DNA of 64,000 nucleotides from the NCBI RefSeq assembly GCF_023055435.1, contig NW_025964383.1:32550001-32614000 (forward strand). The letters are read 5' to 3'. Shown piece after piece: positions 14,960 through 29,600 of the stretch (its first letter is position 1; every line of letters starts with the position of its first letter). The position numbers and the translations under genes were made by a program. Source of the stretch: Haliotis rufescens. Taxonomy: Eukaryota. The notes beneath the pieces are model-generated. The model saw nothing but the letters and a program-made list of their open reading frames with translations. It was not told where the DNA came from and ran no database searches.

Positions 14960-17900
14960 AGGATTATTATTATAAGTCGGGTAACATCGAATTATATACG
15001 TATAAAGTTTCACCAAATCTTGCGAGGACAAGCGAGAACAACCATTACACCATTTATCAAACCTATCTGCCAAACAAGCCTAGCATGCCACTTCCTATTC
15101 TTTAATAGAGATAGAACGTCAACAGATGCGATCAGTGCAGCCTGAGCTCGGTGAAGGAAATGAATCCCTGCCTGTCCAGACTTTAAGTTGCTGAATAAAC
15201 ACTTTGACAGAAACATAACTTGTCACAATGAAGACAGTGAAGCTATATGGCCGACCATTCGGGAAAATGTCCCTATTTCACTGTATATTGTTTTGTGCTT
15301 GTATGTGGTTGATTTCACATGCTGTGTGTTTCACTTGAGAGGAGCATTTTTATAAATATGGATATTACTATGACTAAGACATTGACGTTTTAAAATATCA
15401 TGTCGCAGAAATAAGCATTTTTTATTGAAATATTTTTTTCTAAAAAAAGAGCCTATTTCTGTGTGTCACATTTACACTACAATGTTAGGTCCTTTGCGTG
15501 CCAGAATGTTATAATCATTGGTTGAAACTCGCCTTGGTTATGCGTCCTGGCTTTTCAGCACTATACCCGTGCTTGTAGGGTGCTTCTATATTTAGACACA
15601 GCTATGACAGTGACTGAAATACCTTTCAAAGTAGCGTTAGCCCGGACACATATCCATACGCCTTGCCATTAGTTATTTGTATTCTGTTTAGCCATGCATG
15701 AAAGTAAAAGGACAAAACCCTTTTTCATAGCCACCAGAAATCTCTGCTAAAGACAGGGTCGATTGTACAAATCCGAATGTATGACTCACTTACAAATAGT
15801 GATGATACCAGGTGTTCGGATGCTCGTGAGCGTATCCTACTCCTCCGGTGGCGCCCGTCACGAACACATATAAAATCAAGTCATTTGTTCACCTGAAATA
15901 AACACAGGAACACATGGTACAAGTCAAGGTAGGGAATTGCAATGGCCATTATTTCAAATCTGTTTGGGGGCTTAAAAGCGAAAAGCAAATATTGATAGTA
16001 TCGTTGTTACGTGTCGACATAATGTTATGACGTTCTTCTGAACCTATGCAGAAACAATGGTATACACTAGACTACAATTGTAACACTGTTGAACAAAATA
16101 TTACAATGCCATAACAGTATAAATCAATTAATTTGTGAGTACAACAAACATAATATATCATTACACATACTGGCATAAACTGCGGGCAAACACCCTGGGC
16201 TCAAGATTTCACACAGGGAAGACCCACGTGTGGGTAGTTACATCATAGGGGTGGGGTTGTGGTGATGTCTTCGTGTTAATCTATATTATTCCTGCAGTAC
16301 ATGGACACAATGCCAATATGTACATTGTTTGGAAACTCTATTAGGAATTTTTGGTTAGCCTAGGTCCCAGCAAGCTATGCGAAATGATCCGGTGGTCAGA
16401 CTTGATGACTTGGCTGACTTGGTGTCATCCTTCCCCGCAACTCCTCATAATATCAATCATTGGATTACCTGGTCCAGATGCTATTATTGACAGGTTGTCA
16501 TCATGCAAGTGGACAATTGCTGAGTGCGACCTTAAAGAAAAGACAAGCAATAAAAAACGACAAAAACATTTCTACACTTCTACATTCCGACTATATCAAA
16601 AGCACGTGTTTATGAATAAAATGGTGATTATTCCCCCACACGCACATATGGGAACATATGGTACAAGTCAAGATGGGAAAATGCATCAGGCATCATTTTT
16701 GTCACAGAACTCCTGGTATCATCACTATTTGATATTGATTCATAAACACATGGTCTGTACAATGTACAGTGTAACACTTTCGAAATATCTGTAAGAATGT
16801 TGTATTAATGGCATCTGTAAATAGCAATGTATCATTGTCCTCATCAACATATATATTTCATGCAAGGAGGTTTAGAAACTATCAGACAAATCATCTACAA
16901 CACAAACAGATTTTTCCTGTATGTCTGTGGGCTTTAACTGCAATGAAGACTTGAATAGTGGTGTGTACCTTCAATTCAGTTTGCTGTCCTCGCTTTTCCC
17001 CCTAGGGGGAACGTTTCAATACGAGAGGAGGGGAAGAGGAACAAGAAGAAAAGAGATAATAAATCCAACAGTTGTTAATAAACATTTTTGCCATGTAATA
17101 AATTATATTATCGATGCCAAAAGCTAATCCCATAAACTTGCTAATCGCAAAAGGATTAACGTGCAAATGAAGTCACATTGCAGGAACTGCTTTTAATGAC
17201 CTCAATACACCGATGTGCATAGCTTTCACAATAAAACAAGGTAGGGATTTTCCCGATGTGAGAGTGCTGGAAACCTGGCTCCACATCAGTTAGCACTGTA
17301 TAGTACATAGTTCGTTGTAATCAGCAATGTGTTCATGCGCGGTTCCTAAAATGACTTAAGGCTACAAAATACGTCACAAAATTCGATTGTTATCAATCAT
17401 CACACAATATGATCGAAGATGTTGCATTAACGATTGGGACACTCGGTCAATAACCTCTGTGTCGTATAGAGGCTGATCAGAATGCATTGATCCAGCATAT
17501 CTATTTTCTTTCTTTGGCTTCAGTTTTGTGTTCAGTATTTGATTATCATGTCAATGCACGAGGTATTTGGTTAAGTGAGGATTCGTTTACCTTGAAACTC
17601 TCGAAAACCACGTTTACTTTCAGGTAACCATCAATGAATAATTAAATAATCACTCCAATAGTTTTGAAATAGCATTACTATTAATACCTCACAAGATTGT
17701 AAAGAATCTTTGTTGTTTTTATTCCAGGGGTTTGTAATTTTATCGAAAAGAATACATTGTGCCTGAAAATTGATTATAAGATAATTATGCTTAAAAAAAC
17801 CTTATTGCCACAACAATAACATTGTCGCGAGGTGTTTTGCGTAAAAGGTATGCAGGCTCATAATTTTAAATAAAAAACAATCTGGTTTCGCAGCTCAAGC

Positions 17901-18406
17901 TAAAAAAGTACCTAATATCAAGGCAAAATCCCAGCCCCACTCCCTTTGTTTGCTACTTTATTTAGATTTTGTGCATTTGGGCTTCGCCTCTTTACATAAT
18001 AACCTATTTTAAATTTGTATGTTTACCTTTCAGATTTATTTAATATTATATGTTACAATTACATTCGTTGCATACAGTAATCTCAAAAGAATCTTCCAAA
18101 TTTGTTTACGGCGTGATCTTCAGAGAGCGAACTGGGGGTAAAAGTTTTCAATTTTAGACTTAGGCCTCCGTAGGGATCCGGATTTAAATAGGTCACCGGG
18201 GCCCTATTACCTGTCGTGAGAGGCGACGACAGTGTGGTTGTCCAACTGGCAGACACGCATTCAGTGCAGTGATTGGCTGAATATCACATGATGTGTATTC
18301 ATGCTTGACGTCAAATGTATACATAACAACCAAACCTTAGCTATAACGCAGTTTGAAAAATGCAGCCTTACAGTAGGCTTAGAGTGATTTTCATTTGATC
18401 ATTTGA

Positions 18407-19377
18407 TTGAGGCTTCCCGATGTCATGTTACTATGTGATTACTGTGAAGATGAGATACTATCAAAGACACAAAGTGTAACTGTGTATCACAAAGATGAGG
18501 ACGTGTGTTATGTACCACAGGGTGGTGATATACCAGAAGCGTATGAACATGTAACTGTGTGCGTACATGGTGACAATGTCATATATACCAGACAGGGAAG
18601 CAACGTACCAAGAGGTTTTGAATCTGTCTATGTCTATGTCACAGAACAAGGATTAATATATTCTAACGAAAGTACAGCACCAACTGGTTTTGTCCCTGTA
18701 CTTGTTTATGCCAGGAATGATTTCACATCCCGCACTAAGAAATCAACACTTAAACAGGTCGTTTTCACAGCGTGTCTAACGTGAGTATTTCGAATATCTG
18801 ATGTGAACGATATGCACTGTTGAAACTTTAGTCTGTTATGTATAGTTATGTTATTTATATTCCGAATTTGGTAATTTTTTATATTACAAATAAGAAACTC
18901 AACCGATTTCCAAAAATGTATAACTATACGAAAATGTATATAGCGGTATTGTGAACTGACCAGAAAGATGCTCGAGGGACTGTTTTTTAGTTCTGACACT
19001 CCTGCTATTTACTTGTTTACTTAGTCTATGTATGTTTCCCTTTCAGTGAACATATTCCACGGTGTGAGGAAGCAGTTAATAAGTTCCTCCAGTATGCGTC
19101 TTCTACTGATCGCATCTTGCCTATTGGGATTCACGTTAAGTACCTGTATGGTGTAGGACGAGAGGAAGATAACAAAAAGAAGAAAAGGGAGAAGAGAGAT
19201 CATAAAGTCCACCAGTTGTTGGAAAAAGTGTCAGCTTTGCGCAACTCCAACTCTGGATGTATACTGATTCATCTTGTTGGTCTGGCACCAGGGGATCATT
19301 TTACTGGCGCATTTGGAAACCACTTTGGAATATGTTACCAAAAACCTAACGGAGACAGACTACGTTACACAATTTAA
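18407..19377 (+). CDS. Two-exon ORF (18407-18780, 19047-19377): N-terminal ~25-aa repeats plus possible truncated Schlafen/AlbA_2-like domain; possibly a pseudogene
   Basis: Donor AC/gtgagt (18780) and acceptor tttcag/T (19047) join in frame; first ATG codon is at 18425 (ORF-track start is TTG); exon 2 encodes KRDHKVHQLLEKVSALRNSNSGCILIHL, similar to Schlafen CALLNSGGGVI; stop at 19377. Confidence 0.5.
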
Positions 19378-19659
19378 TTTGCTACATGGAAGGGGAGATA
19401 ATCGTCTACACTGGGATTGAAATTATGGAAACAGGTTAATATGTCAAATTATTCACAGTCCCCTCAGGCTGTGATGCAGCGATCTAAACGCAGATCAGAG
19501 TGCTAGATATATTTTGTATACTAAAATTTGTTCTTGTGAATATCATACCGAAGATTACTTCCACTTCTTTTTATGTGCACAAATTACTATGTTCTTCGAA
19601 ATGAAATGTATTTTTACCATCATGGTTACTCTTTACAAACGGTGTTATACGGAAATTCG

Positions 19660-20090
19660 TATTTTCAAAAGCCCTGGATCAAGGTAAAGAAGTAAGAGTT
19701 GGATTCTGTGACATTAGTCAGGCATTTGATAAAGTATGGCATGAAGGTTTGATACGTAAGTTACACTCTCATGGGATAAGTGGTAGGTCATTCGACTGGT
19801 TCAATAGTTACATGAAAGATAGAGTACAGCGTGGAGTGATCAATGGATACACCCCTGCTTTAGAATCTGTGTGTGCTGGCGTTCCACAAGGATCAGTATT
19901 AGGGCCATTACTGTTCTTAGTCTATTTAAATCTAGTTGCTGATAGTGATGGCAATATTAGATAATTTGCGGACGATACGTCCTTGTACATTAATATTGAT
20001 GATCCCAACATAAACGTTGCACAATTAATTGAAGATCTTGAAAGAGTATCACACTAGGCAGAAACATGGCAAGTAAAGTTTGATTTTTAA
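19660..20090 (+). mobile_element. CR1-clade LINE RT fragment
   Basis: FCDISQAFDKVWHEGLIRKL...GVPQGSVLGPLLFLVY...*FADDTSLY...WQVKF; in-frame stops. Confidence 0.9.
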
Positions 20091-20684
20091 AAATCCAAAA
20101 TGTATGCATGTTTCTTATCTCATTGTATGTGTTTTCTCTTTATATGCCCAAATTATAGAGCCGCATGGAGCAGTAAGCATTGCTTTGCTAAAGACCATAA
20201 CTTACACTCCGTTTTGCATGGAAATTCAACAAGTCTGCAAATTGAAACCTTCAAATTGTCGAATCAGTCCATATAACTTTATTGTTGAATTTGGTCGATT
20301 TAGTTTAAATGTTTAAATAATTGAATGATAATGATGGATGACATTCACCAGACTTCTGATATGCATTATGTGCATATCAATGAAACGCCTAAATGTTGAT
20401 AAGAGACAACATATTTATTTTTTATACTACATAGCCAAATAACCATGTCAGCTTTGATCTTTGTATTTTGTTTCCTGGTGAGGCATTCAAATAAACCTGC
20501 GGCCTATTTGCCAATCGATTTTCAAATTTTATTGGGGAATAAATATGTTTAAAACATACATCCATGGTACGTTAGCTAATCACTGATGTATCTTAGACAT
20601 GCATGACGCATTTTATTGAATGTAACTACATAAACAATTTTACTAATTTTGTTTAAGAAACACAGTTATTCCTTTTAACTTCAG

Positions 20685-23600
20685 ATCTAACTGATATCAA
20701 GGAGCTTAAGTGCAGAAAGTGGATTGTAGAGAGGGTAATGTATACTGACATTTCATTACGGAAATGTACTTATAACATAACTATAAAACGTCTTTAAAGT
20801 TCTTCTTAAGTTTCTACAAACGAAATTAAGTCATAAACAACATGCATTTCTGCAATACATTTGATTTCATAAATAAGTCAGTTGCTTTATCAATCTTGTA
20901 GCCCACAACATGTTTAAATTTGATTTTTCAGGAAATTGACAGAACGGAGAAACTAATGGATGCACTTACTAATGGTAACATTTTGTATACGTAACCACAC
21001 GAACGATAAAATAATATATATGAACTTATATAATTTACATGTGATTGACAATGATGACGACAGTGCCTTCATGATGGCGTTTTTTTTCTAGAAGTATGGT
21101 ATGTGCGTTTAAAACATGTTCCTTAAGTTATTTTATCACATATTAAATGTGCTTCAGATCAGTGGAGTCGAAGGATGAAATATCTAGAAGGAGACTTTGA
21201 TGTGCTGATATTGCTGTCGGAGAAGCTCAGACAAAACATTGTTGTAAGTGAATCTTATTTCGAGTAATTAATCGAAATTAATGTTAAAATTCGCATTTCA
21301 GACAATGTGAACAATCATGAACACTCTGCTGCAACATTCATTACAAAAGAGCTAGACATTTCTGCTATCGTGTGCCACATAGCTTTGACACACATTTTGT
21401 ACCTTCATGCAGATACTGTAACGGATACAACTAAACAAGATTGTACTACACTCGTGAGAGCGTAAGGAATAAACTTCAGGATTCACAGAATTCACTGATT
21501 CACTTCTCATTTGGTATTTTCAGTTTCAACAAAATAAGTGCAGTTCAGAGAAAAAGCTACGTGAACCAACAAGAGTGAAAATTTTAACTCACCAAGGACG
21601 TGAGTATTGTTGAATATTTACTACATCCCAGGATGTTATTACAAATGTTCTGTAGTTGCTACGGATTCCAAACGTCATATACCATTTCGTGTCTAGTTCT
21701 TGAACCATACCGTGATGTGATCAAAATAGTATGGAGTTCAAAGCCAATATGATTTGCAGTCCTTTACTTTCTACTTTGATTTGGTTGTCAAACTTATACA
21801 AAAAGATGAAACGCTGGATACCAAACAATATTTCGTCAAAACTCAAAGAGCCGTCGTATATTGTTGTATACATGATCTGGTAACAGCGATAAACAGGTTA
21901 ATGGCAATGACCATGTCTATATACATAGTGTTTGTGTTGTTTCTCCCTTTGATTTCCTACGTCTGCCTGTATTGTTATTCTAGAATAAGTATTATATTAA
22001 TTACTGTATATAATATATTTATACAATTAACATTGTTAAAGTTATTTATAAAACTCTAGAATAACTGACAATTTGCATAAAAATCTAGGAGACATATACG
22101 TGTTCTTTTTATTATGTACTTTTGTTAAAGTTACAAACAATGTATATTTATTATTTTCAAAACTATTTTCAGCGGCTGTACAAGAAGCGGAGCTGGTTGC
22201 ATGGCAAGAACGAGTGGAACAAGAAAAGAATGTTTTTCCTCTCCTACGATCGGTAAGAGTCCAAGTCTGTATGAGAAACAAATAGCAAAACATTATGTTT
22301 CAATAACACGCTGTTTGTACAAATATTTTAATAAATTTGCCACCCTTTTATGTTTTGTTTTTTGGTCCCAGGTTATGGAAAAGGACAGAACCAATCTCAT
22401 CTATCAAGACATTAAATTGGCTCATCTAAACAAAGGTAAGCAGACATTATCATCTTACGACATTTACCAGAATATTGCTGACTAACGTGCGTTTCAGAGT
22501 AATATGAGTGAAAATATCTTGTTGACGACAGACACTTTTGCTGTGCAGTTTTGATTCTTACACACATGTATCAGTTACATGTATATGGCCATGTTTTTGG
22601 GTGGATTTAACTGTGACTTACATTAAATTAACAAGTGTTTGTGAGAGTCAGGTTTAAGGAAAGTGGTACCTAATTTCAATGATATTACTCAGTGTGTTAA
22701 ACTTAACTTAAGAAAGAAAACCTAAAGTGACTCAGGTCGTAGAGTAAGTGAATAAGTGTTAGTATTGAACCACTAGGCTACATAAAGGTCCCTCCCAGGC
22801 AGTAGACACTGAGCATATTGGTTAAACGACGTACACCGGTAAGACGCTTGAAATCCGAGAGTCAGGTCGACAAAGGCTAAAGGGGCGCAACTCTAGCGCC
22901 TTTAGATAACATTACCACGTGTGACCCTTGTCAACAAGAATTATCACTAGTATCTATCATTTCAGCAAAACTATTTCTGAGAAATAATTGTTCTGTACTG
23001 CAGCTGCAGAATAACAACAAGTACATAATATCAATGTAACTCTGAAACCTAATACTTAGAGTACTGTACTGTTCAAGAGTTCAACATTTCAACCAGGTTT
23101 AACTAAATGCATATTGTAAATAAAACACTTCGACTCTATATACTTTTAGTTATCGTAAGTTATTAAAAACACATCTCCTGGTAATTAATTGATTCAGCAG
23201 TGTGTTTTTCAGAAATCTGCAGTTATTTAGTCCTTGGCTATTAACTCCTATAAGTGTAAATATATAATCATTTTTGTTGTTATTAATAAGCCACATTTCC
23301 GGCATAATCAGTGGTTTAATGTTTTTATACTAAAATAACTGAAAAACATATGAGAAACTAGTCAGGCGAAGGGACAATCTAAACTTCTTAAAAAAACTGT
23401 TGTTTTAGTCAAAGAGTGCTTCCCCCTTTTTACTATTAAGATATTCCTGAGCAGAATATTATAAATAAATTTTAAGTTGTATTAAAGTTTTGTCTCTGGT
23501 GTTATGGAGCTTGGACCTGCCCATAATCAAGTGAGGGATGGGATAGACTGAATTTAGTTGAATCACCCCACCTTCCCACAATTGCTTCAATCGAAATGTA

Positions 23601-26600
23601 GACGATATGAACTGTATTCGAAAGAAGGCTTCACCGACTAAACACACCCGAATTAAATCTTAATAGATAGACAATTAAGCTCATTTAGCGAGATGATTGA
23701 AATTGCGCTCGGAGTGTGTAAACACATCATTCAATGTGTAATGCTGCGTAAGTTGCAGATAAATTGAAAGCTGAATGTACATTTTACAAACCTTTGTTAA
23801 CTAGTTTAGAAGCAAGGTCAAAATGCTCTAGAAACAGTGTAATGATTTGTCTGGCAATGCATATTAAATATGTAGTATTACGTACAAAAAAGGAAGCGCC
23901 AATAAAATAGGACAATATAAACAATATACGTGTGTGTATACAGACATATACATACTGCCAAGCTTGTCAACGGTATAAGGGTATACGAACAGTATAAGGT
24001 ATAAGGATATATACCGAAACGTCGCCTTTAAAGTAAAGAAGTTGTTATCCATACATTTTCTCTACTTTGTCATCCGCCCACTTCTAAGTAATTCCTATCA
24101 AACAATTCATCCGTCGTCTACATTGAGACATGGCAATCAACACCATAGCTTGACAACGGACTAAGGATCTATACCGAAACGTCACCTTTACAGTAAATAA
24201 AGTAATTGTTATCCATAAATTTTCTCTACTTTGTATGGTATTTTAGTTTGGATATTTGACATATCCAAAGCTTGTACCACTTGAATAAGTTTGGAAATCA
24301 TTACTTTTCTTCCTGTGTAAGATCCAACTCAATTTACAAATTGTCACTGTAATAATTTCAGCCTCCAGAGAAGGAGAAGAGAAAATGAAGGACTCGTCAC
24401 AGAGTTCTGAATCTAAGTTCTGGAACCAACAGAACACAGCTCGTGCATTTCAGGAGTCGTCGGACGATGCTAAAGATGGATGGGAGCTACAGCACACAGA
24501 TAACGTAGAGGCAGAAGGGCGTACGTACCTGTCATTTCATCACTACTTTCAACACATTGACTGGATGCATAAATATGAAATATCTATTATCCTAAGGGAT
24601 AATGTTCGATTATGTTCGTATTGAAAAAAGACCTCATTATACTATTTACTTTTTTTCGAGGCATGCTTATGTTATAGTCGGAATCGTACGATCGACTCAG
24701 ATTCAGTATTTCGTCAAATAGCTCACGTCTAAGGTACTATAATCATTTTTTTCAAGGAAATGATCTGTCAACACTATTAGTCGTCTTTTATGTTTCCAAA
24801 ATAGAGAACTATCTCGGTACCTTTTTACAATAAACGAAGGATGTTTTAAAGATACATTTTCATACGGAAGGTGTAATGTGAACAGTCATTGATAAAGACG
24901 TACGTGCGCGTATATTATTGTTTTAGATCCTGAGAAGATCCCTGAAACGAGGGCGGAAAATAAAACAGGATCTTCTTCAACGGTAGGTGCCATGCTATTT
25001 GTTATTAGCTTGCTACCTGTCAACATTCATTGCATAATGTAAAGTTTGGTTCAACAGTTTAGTTAGTAAAATATGAATATGTAGTATCATTGTATACCGC
25101 TAGCTGTGTTTATCACTTCTAGTGGTGGTTGTAGACATTTACATTTTGTGCAGAAACAAACACCAGTACTGCCTTGTTACTACTAGATTAAAACACGGGG
25201 TTACTGTTGGGTACTGCAACAACTCCCTGGGTCACTGTTGGGTACTGCAACAACACATTGGGTTACTGTTGGGTACTGCAACAACACTCTGTTGGGTACT
25301 TCAACAACACTCTGGGTTACTGTTGGGTACTGCAACAACACACTGGGTTACTGTTTGGTACTGCTACAACACTCTGGGTTACTGTTGGGTACTGCAACAA
25401 CACACTGGGCTACTGTGGGTACTGCAACTACACACTGTTGATACTGTTGGGTACTGCAACAACACACTGGGCTACTGTTGGGTACTGCAGCAACACACTG
25501 GGTTAGTGTTGGTTACTGCAACAAAACACTGGGCTACTGTTGGGTACTGAAACAACACACTGGTTTACAGTTGGGTACTGAAACAACACTCTGGGCTACT
25601 GTTGGGTACTGCAACAACACACTGGGCTACTGTTGAGTACTGAAACAACACACTAGGCTACTGTTGGGTACTGCAACAACACACTGGGTTACTGTTGGGT
25701 ACTGCAACAACACACTGGGTTACTGTTAGGTACTGCAACAACACACTGGGCTACTGTTGGGTACTGCAACAACACACTGGGTTACTGTTGGGTACTGCAA
25801 CAACACGCTGGGTTATTGTTGGGTACTGCAACAACACACTCGGCTACTGTTGGGTACTGAAACAAAACACACATGGTTACTGTTGGGTACTGCAACAACA
25901 CACTGGTTTACTGTTGAGTACTGAAACAACACACTGGGCTACTGTTGGGTACTGCAACAACACACTGGGTTACTGTTGGGTACTGCAACAACACACTGGG
26001 TTACTGTTAGGTACTGCAACAACACACTGGGCTACTGTTGGGTACTGCAACAACACACTGGGTTACTGTTGGGTACTGCAACAACACGCTGGGTTATTGT
26101 TGGGTACTGCAACAACACACTCGGCTACTGTTGGGTACTGAAACAACACACTTGGTTACTGTTGGGTGCTGCAACAACACACTGGGTTACTGTTAGGTAC
26201 TGCAACAACACACTGGGTTACTGTTGGGTACTGCAACAACACGCTGGGTTATTGTTGGGTACTGCAACAACACACTCGGCTACTGTTGGGTACTGAAACA
26301 ACACACTTGGTTACTGTTGGGTGCTCCAACAACACACTGGGTTACTGTTAGGTACTGAAACAACACACTTGGTTACTGTTGGGTGCTGCAACAACACACT
26401 AGGCTGCTGTTGGGTACTGCAATAACACACTGGGTTACTGTTGGGTACTACAGCAACACACTGGGCTACTGTTGGGTGCTGCAACAACACACTGGACTAG
26501 TGTTGCATACTGCAACAACACACTGGGTTACTGTTCGGTACTGTTTCAACACACTGGGTTACTGTTGGGTACTGCAGCAACACACTGGGTTACTGTTAGG

Positions 26601-29600
26601 TACTGCAACAACACACTGGGTTACTGTTGGGGACTGCAACAACACACTGGGCTACTATTGGGTACTGCAACAACACACTTGGTTACTGTTGGGCACTGCA
26701 ACAACGAACTGGGTTACAGTTGGGTACTGCAACAACACACTGATGGGTACTGCAACAACACACTGATGGGTACTGCAACAACACACTGATGGGTACTGCA
26801 ACAACACACTGGGTTACTGTTGGGTACTGCAACAACACACTGTTTGGTATTGTTGGGTACTGCAACAACACACTGGGTTACTGTTGGGTACTGCAGCAAC
26901 ACACTGGGCTACTGTTGGGTACTGCAACAACACACTGGGCTACTGTTGCGTACTGCAACAACACACTGGGTTACTGTTAGGTACTGCAACAACACACTGA
27001 TGGGTACTGCTACAACACTCTGGGTTACTGTTGGGTACTGCAACAACACACTGGGCTACTGTTGGTACTGCAACAACACACTGTTTGGTACTGTTGGGTA
27101 CTGCAACAACACACTGGGTTACTGTTGGGTACTGCAACAACACACTGGGCTACTGTTGGGTACTGCAACAACACACTGAGCTACTGTTGCGTACTGCAAC
27201 AACACACTGGGTTACTGTTAGGTACTGTAACAACACACCGGGTTACTGTTGGGTATTTAAGCAACACACTGGGCTACTGTTGGGTACTGCAACAACACAC
27301 TGGGCTACTGTTGGGTACTACAGCAACACACTGGGCTACTGTTGGGTACTGCAACAACACACTGGACTAGTGTTGCATACTGCAACAACAAACTGGGTTA
27401 CTGTTGGGTACTGCAACAACACACTGGGTTACTGTTGGGTACTGCAACAACACACTGGGTTACTGTTGGGTACTACAGCAACACACTGGGCTACTGATGG
27501 GTACTGCAACAACACACTGGGTTAGTGTTGGGTACTGCAACAACACGCTGGGTTACTGTTGGGTACTGAAACAACACACTGGTTTACAGTTGGGTATTGA
27601 AACAACACTCTGGGCTACTGTTGGGTACTGCAACAACACACTGGGCTACTGTTGGGTACTGCAACAACACACTGGGTTTACTGTTGAGTACTGAAACAAC
27701 ACACTGGGCTACTGTTGGGTACTGCAACAACACACTGGGCTACTGTTGGGTACTGCAACAACACACTGGGTTACTGTTGGGTACTGCAACAACACGCTGG
27801 GTTATTGTTTGGTACTGCAACAACACACTGGGCTACTGTTGGGTACTGAAACAACACACTTGGTTACAGTTGGGTACTGCAACAACACACTTGGTTACTG
27901 TGAGGTACTGGAACAACACACTGGGTTACTGTTGGGTACTACAGCAACACACTAGGCTGCTGTTGGGTGCTGCAACAACACACTTGACTAGTGTTGCATA
28001 CTGCAACAACACACTGGGTAACTGTTGGGTACTGCAATAACACACTGGGTTACTGTTGGGTACTACAGCAACACACTGGGCTACTGTTGGGTGCTGCAAC
28101 AACACACTTGACTAGTGTTGGGTACTGCAACAACACACTGGGTTACAGTTGGGTACTGCAACAACACACTGGGCTACTGTTGGGTACTGCAACAACACAC
28201 TGAGCTACTGTTGCGTACTGCAACAACACACTGGGTTACTGTTAGGTACTGTAACAACACACCGGGTTACTGTTGGGTATTTAAGCAACACACTGGGCTA
28301 CTGTTGGGTACTGCAACAACACACTGGGCTACTGTTGGGTACTACAGCAACACACTGGGCTACTGTTGGGTACTGCAACAACACACTGGACTAGTGTTGC
28401 ATACTGCAACAACAAACTGGGTTACTGTTGGGTACTGCAACAACACACTGGGTTACTGTTGGGTACTGCAACAACACACTGGGTTACTGTTGGGTACTAC
28501 AGCAACACACTGGGCTACTGATGGGTACTGCAACAACACACTGGGTTAGTGTTGGGTACTGCAACAACACGCTGGGTTACTGTTGGGTACTGAAACAACA
28601 CACTGGTTTACAGTTGGGTATTGAAACAACACACTGGGCTACTGTTGGGTACTGCAACAACACACTGGGCTACTGTTGGGTACTGCAACAACACACTGGG
28701 TTTACTGTTGAGTACTGAAACAACACACTGGGCTACTGTTGGGTACTGCAACAACACACTGGGCTACTGTTGGGTACTGCAACAACACACTGGGTTACTG
28801 TTGGGTACTGCAACAACACGCTGGGTTATTGTTTGGTACTGCAACAACACACTGGGCTACTGTTGGGTACTGAAACAACACACTTGGTTACAGTTGGGTA
28901 CTGCAACAACACACTTGGTTACTGTGAGGTACTGGAACAACACACTGGGTTACTGTTGGGTACTACAGCAACACACTAGGCTGCTGTTGGGTGCTGCAAC
29001 AACACACTTGACTAGTGTTGCATACTGCAACAACACACTGGGTAACTGTTGGGTACTGCAATAACACACTGGGTTACTGTTGGGTACTACAGCAACACAC
29101 TGGGCTACTGTTGGGTGCTGCAACAACACACTTGACTAGTGTTGGGTACTGCAACAACACACTGGGTTACAGTTGGGTACTGCAACAACACACTGATGGG
29201 TACTGCAACAACACACTGATGGGTACTGCAACAACACACTGGGCTACTGTTGGGTACTGCAACAACACACTGGGTTATTTTTGGGCACTGCAACAACACT
29301 CCGGCGTTACAGTTGGGTACTGCAGCAACACACTGATGGGTACTGCTACAACACTCTGGGTTACTGTTGGGTACTGCAACAACACACCGGGCTACTGTTG
29401 GTACTGCAACTACACACTGTTTGGTACTGTTGGGTACTGCAACACACTGGGTTACTGTTGGGTACTGCAACAACACACTGGGCTACTGTTGGGTACTGCA
29501 ACAACACACTGGGCTACTGTTGGGTACTGCAACAACACACTGGGTTACTGTTAGGTACTGCAACAACACACTGGGTTACTGTTGGGCACTGCAACAACAC

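Noticed and set aside
20444-20477. Signal-peptide-like first exon MSALIFVFCFL/gtgagg for the SPRY gene
   Set aside because: Ends in phase 0 while the 20685 exon needs phase 1; joining gives an immediate stop
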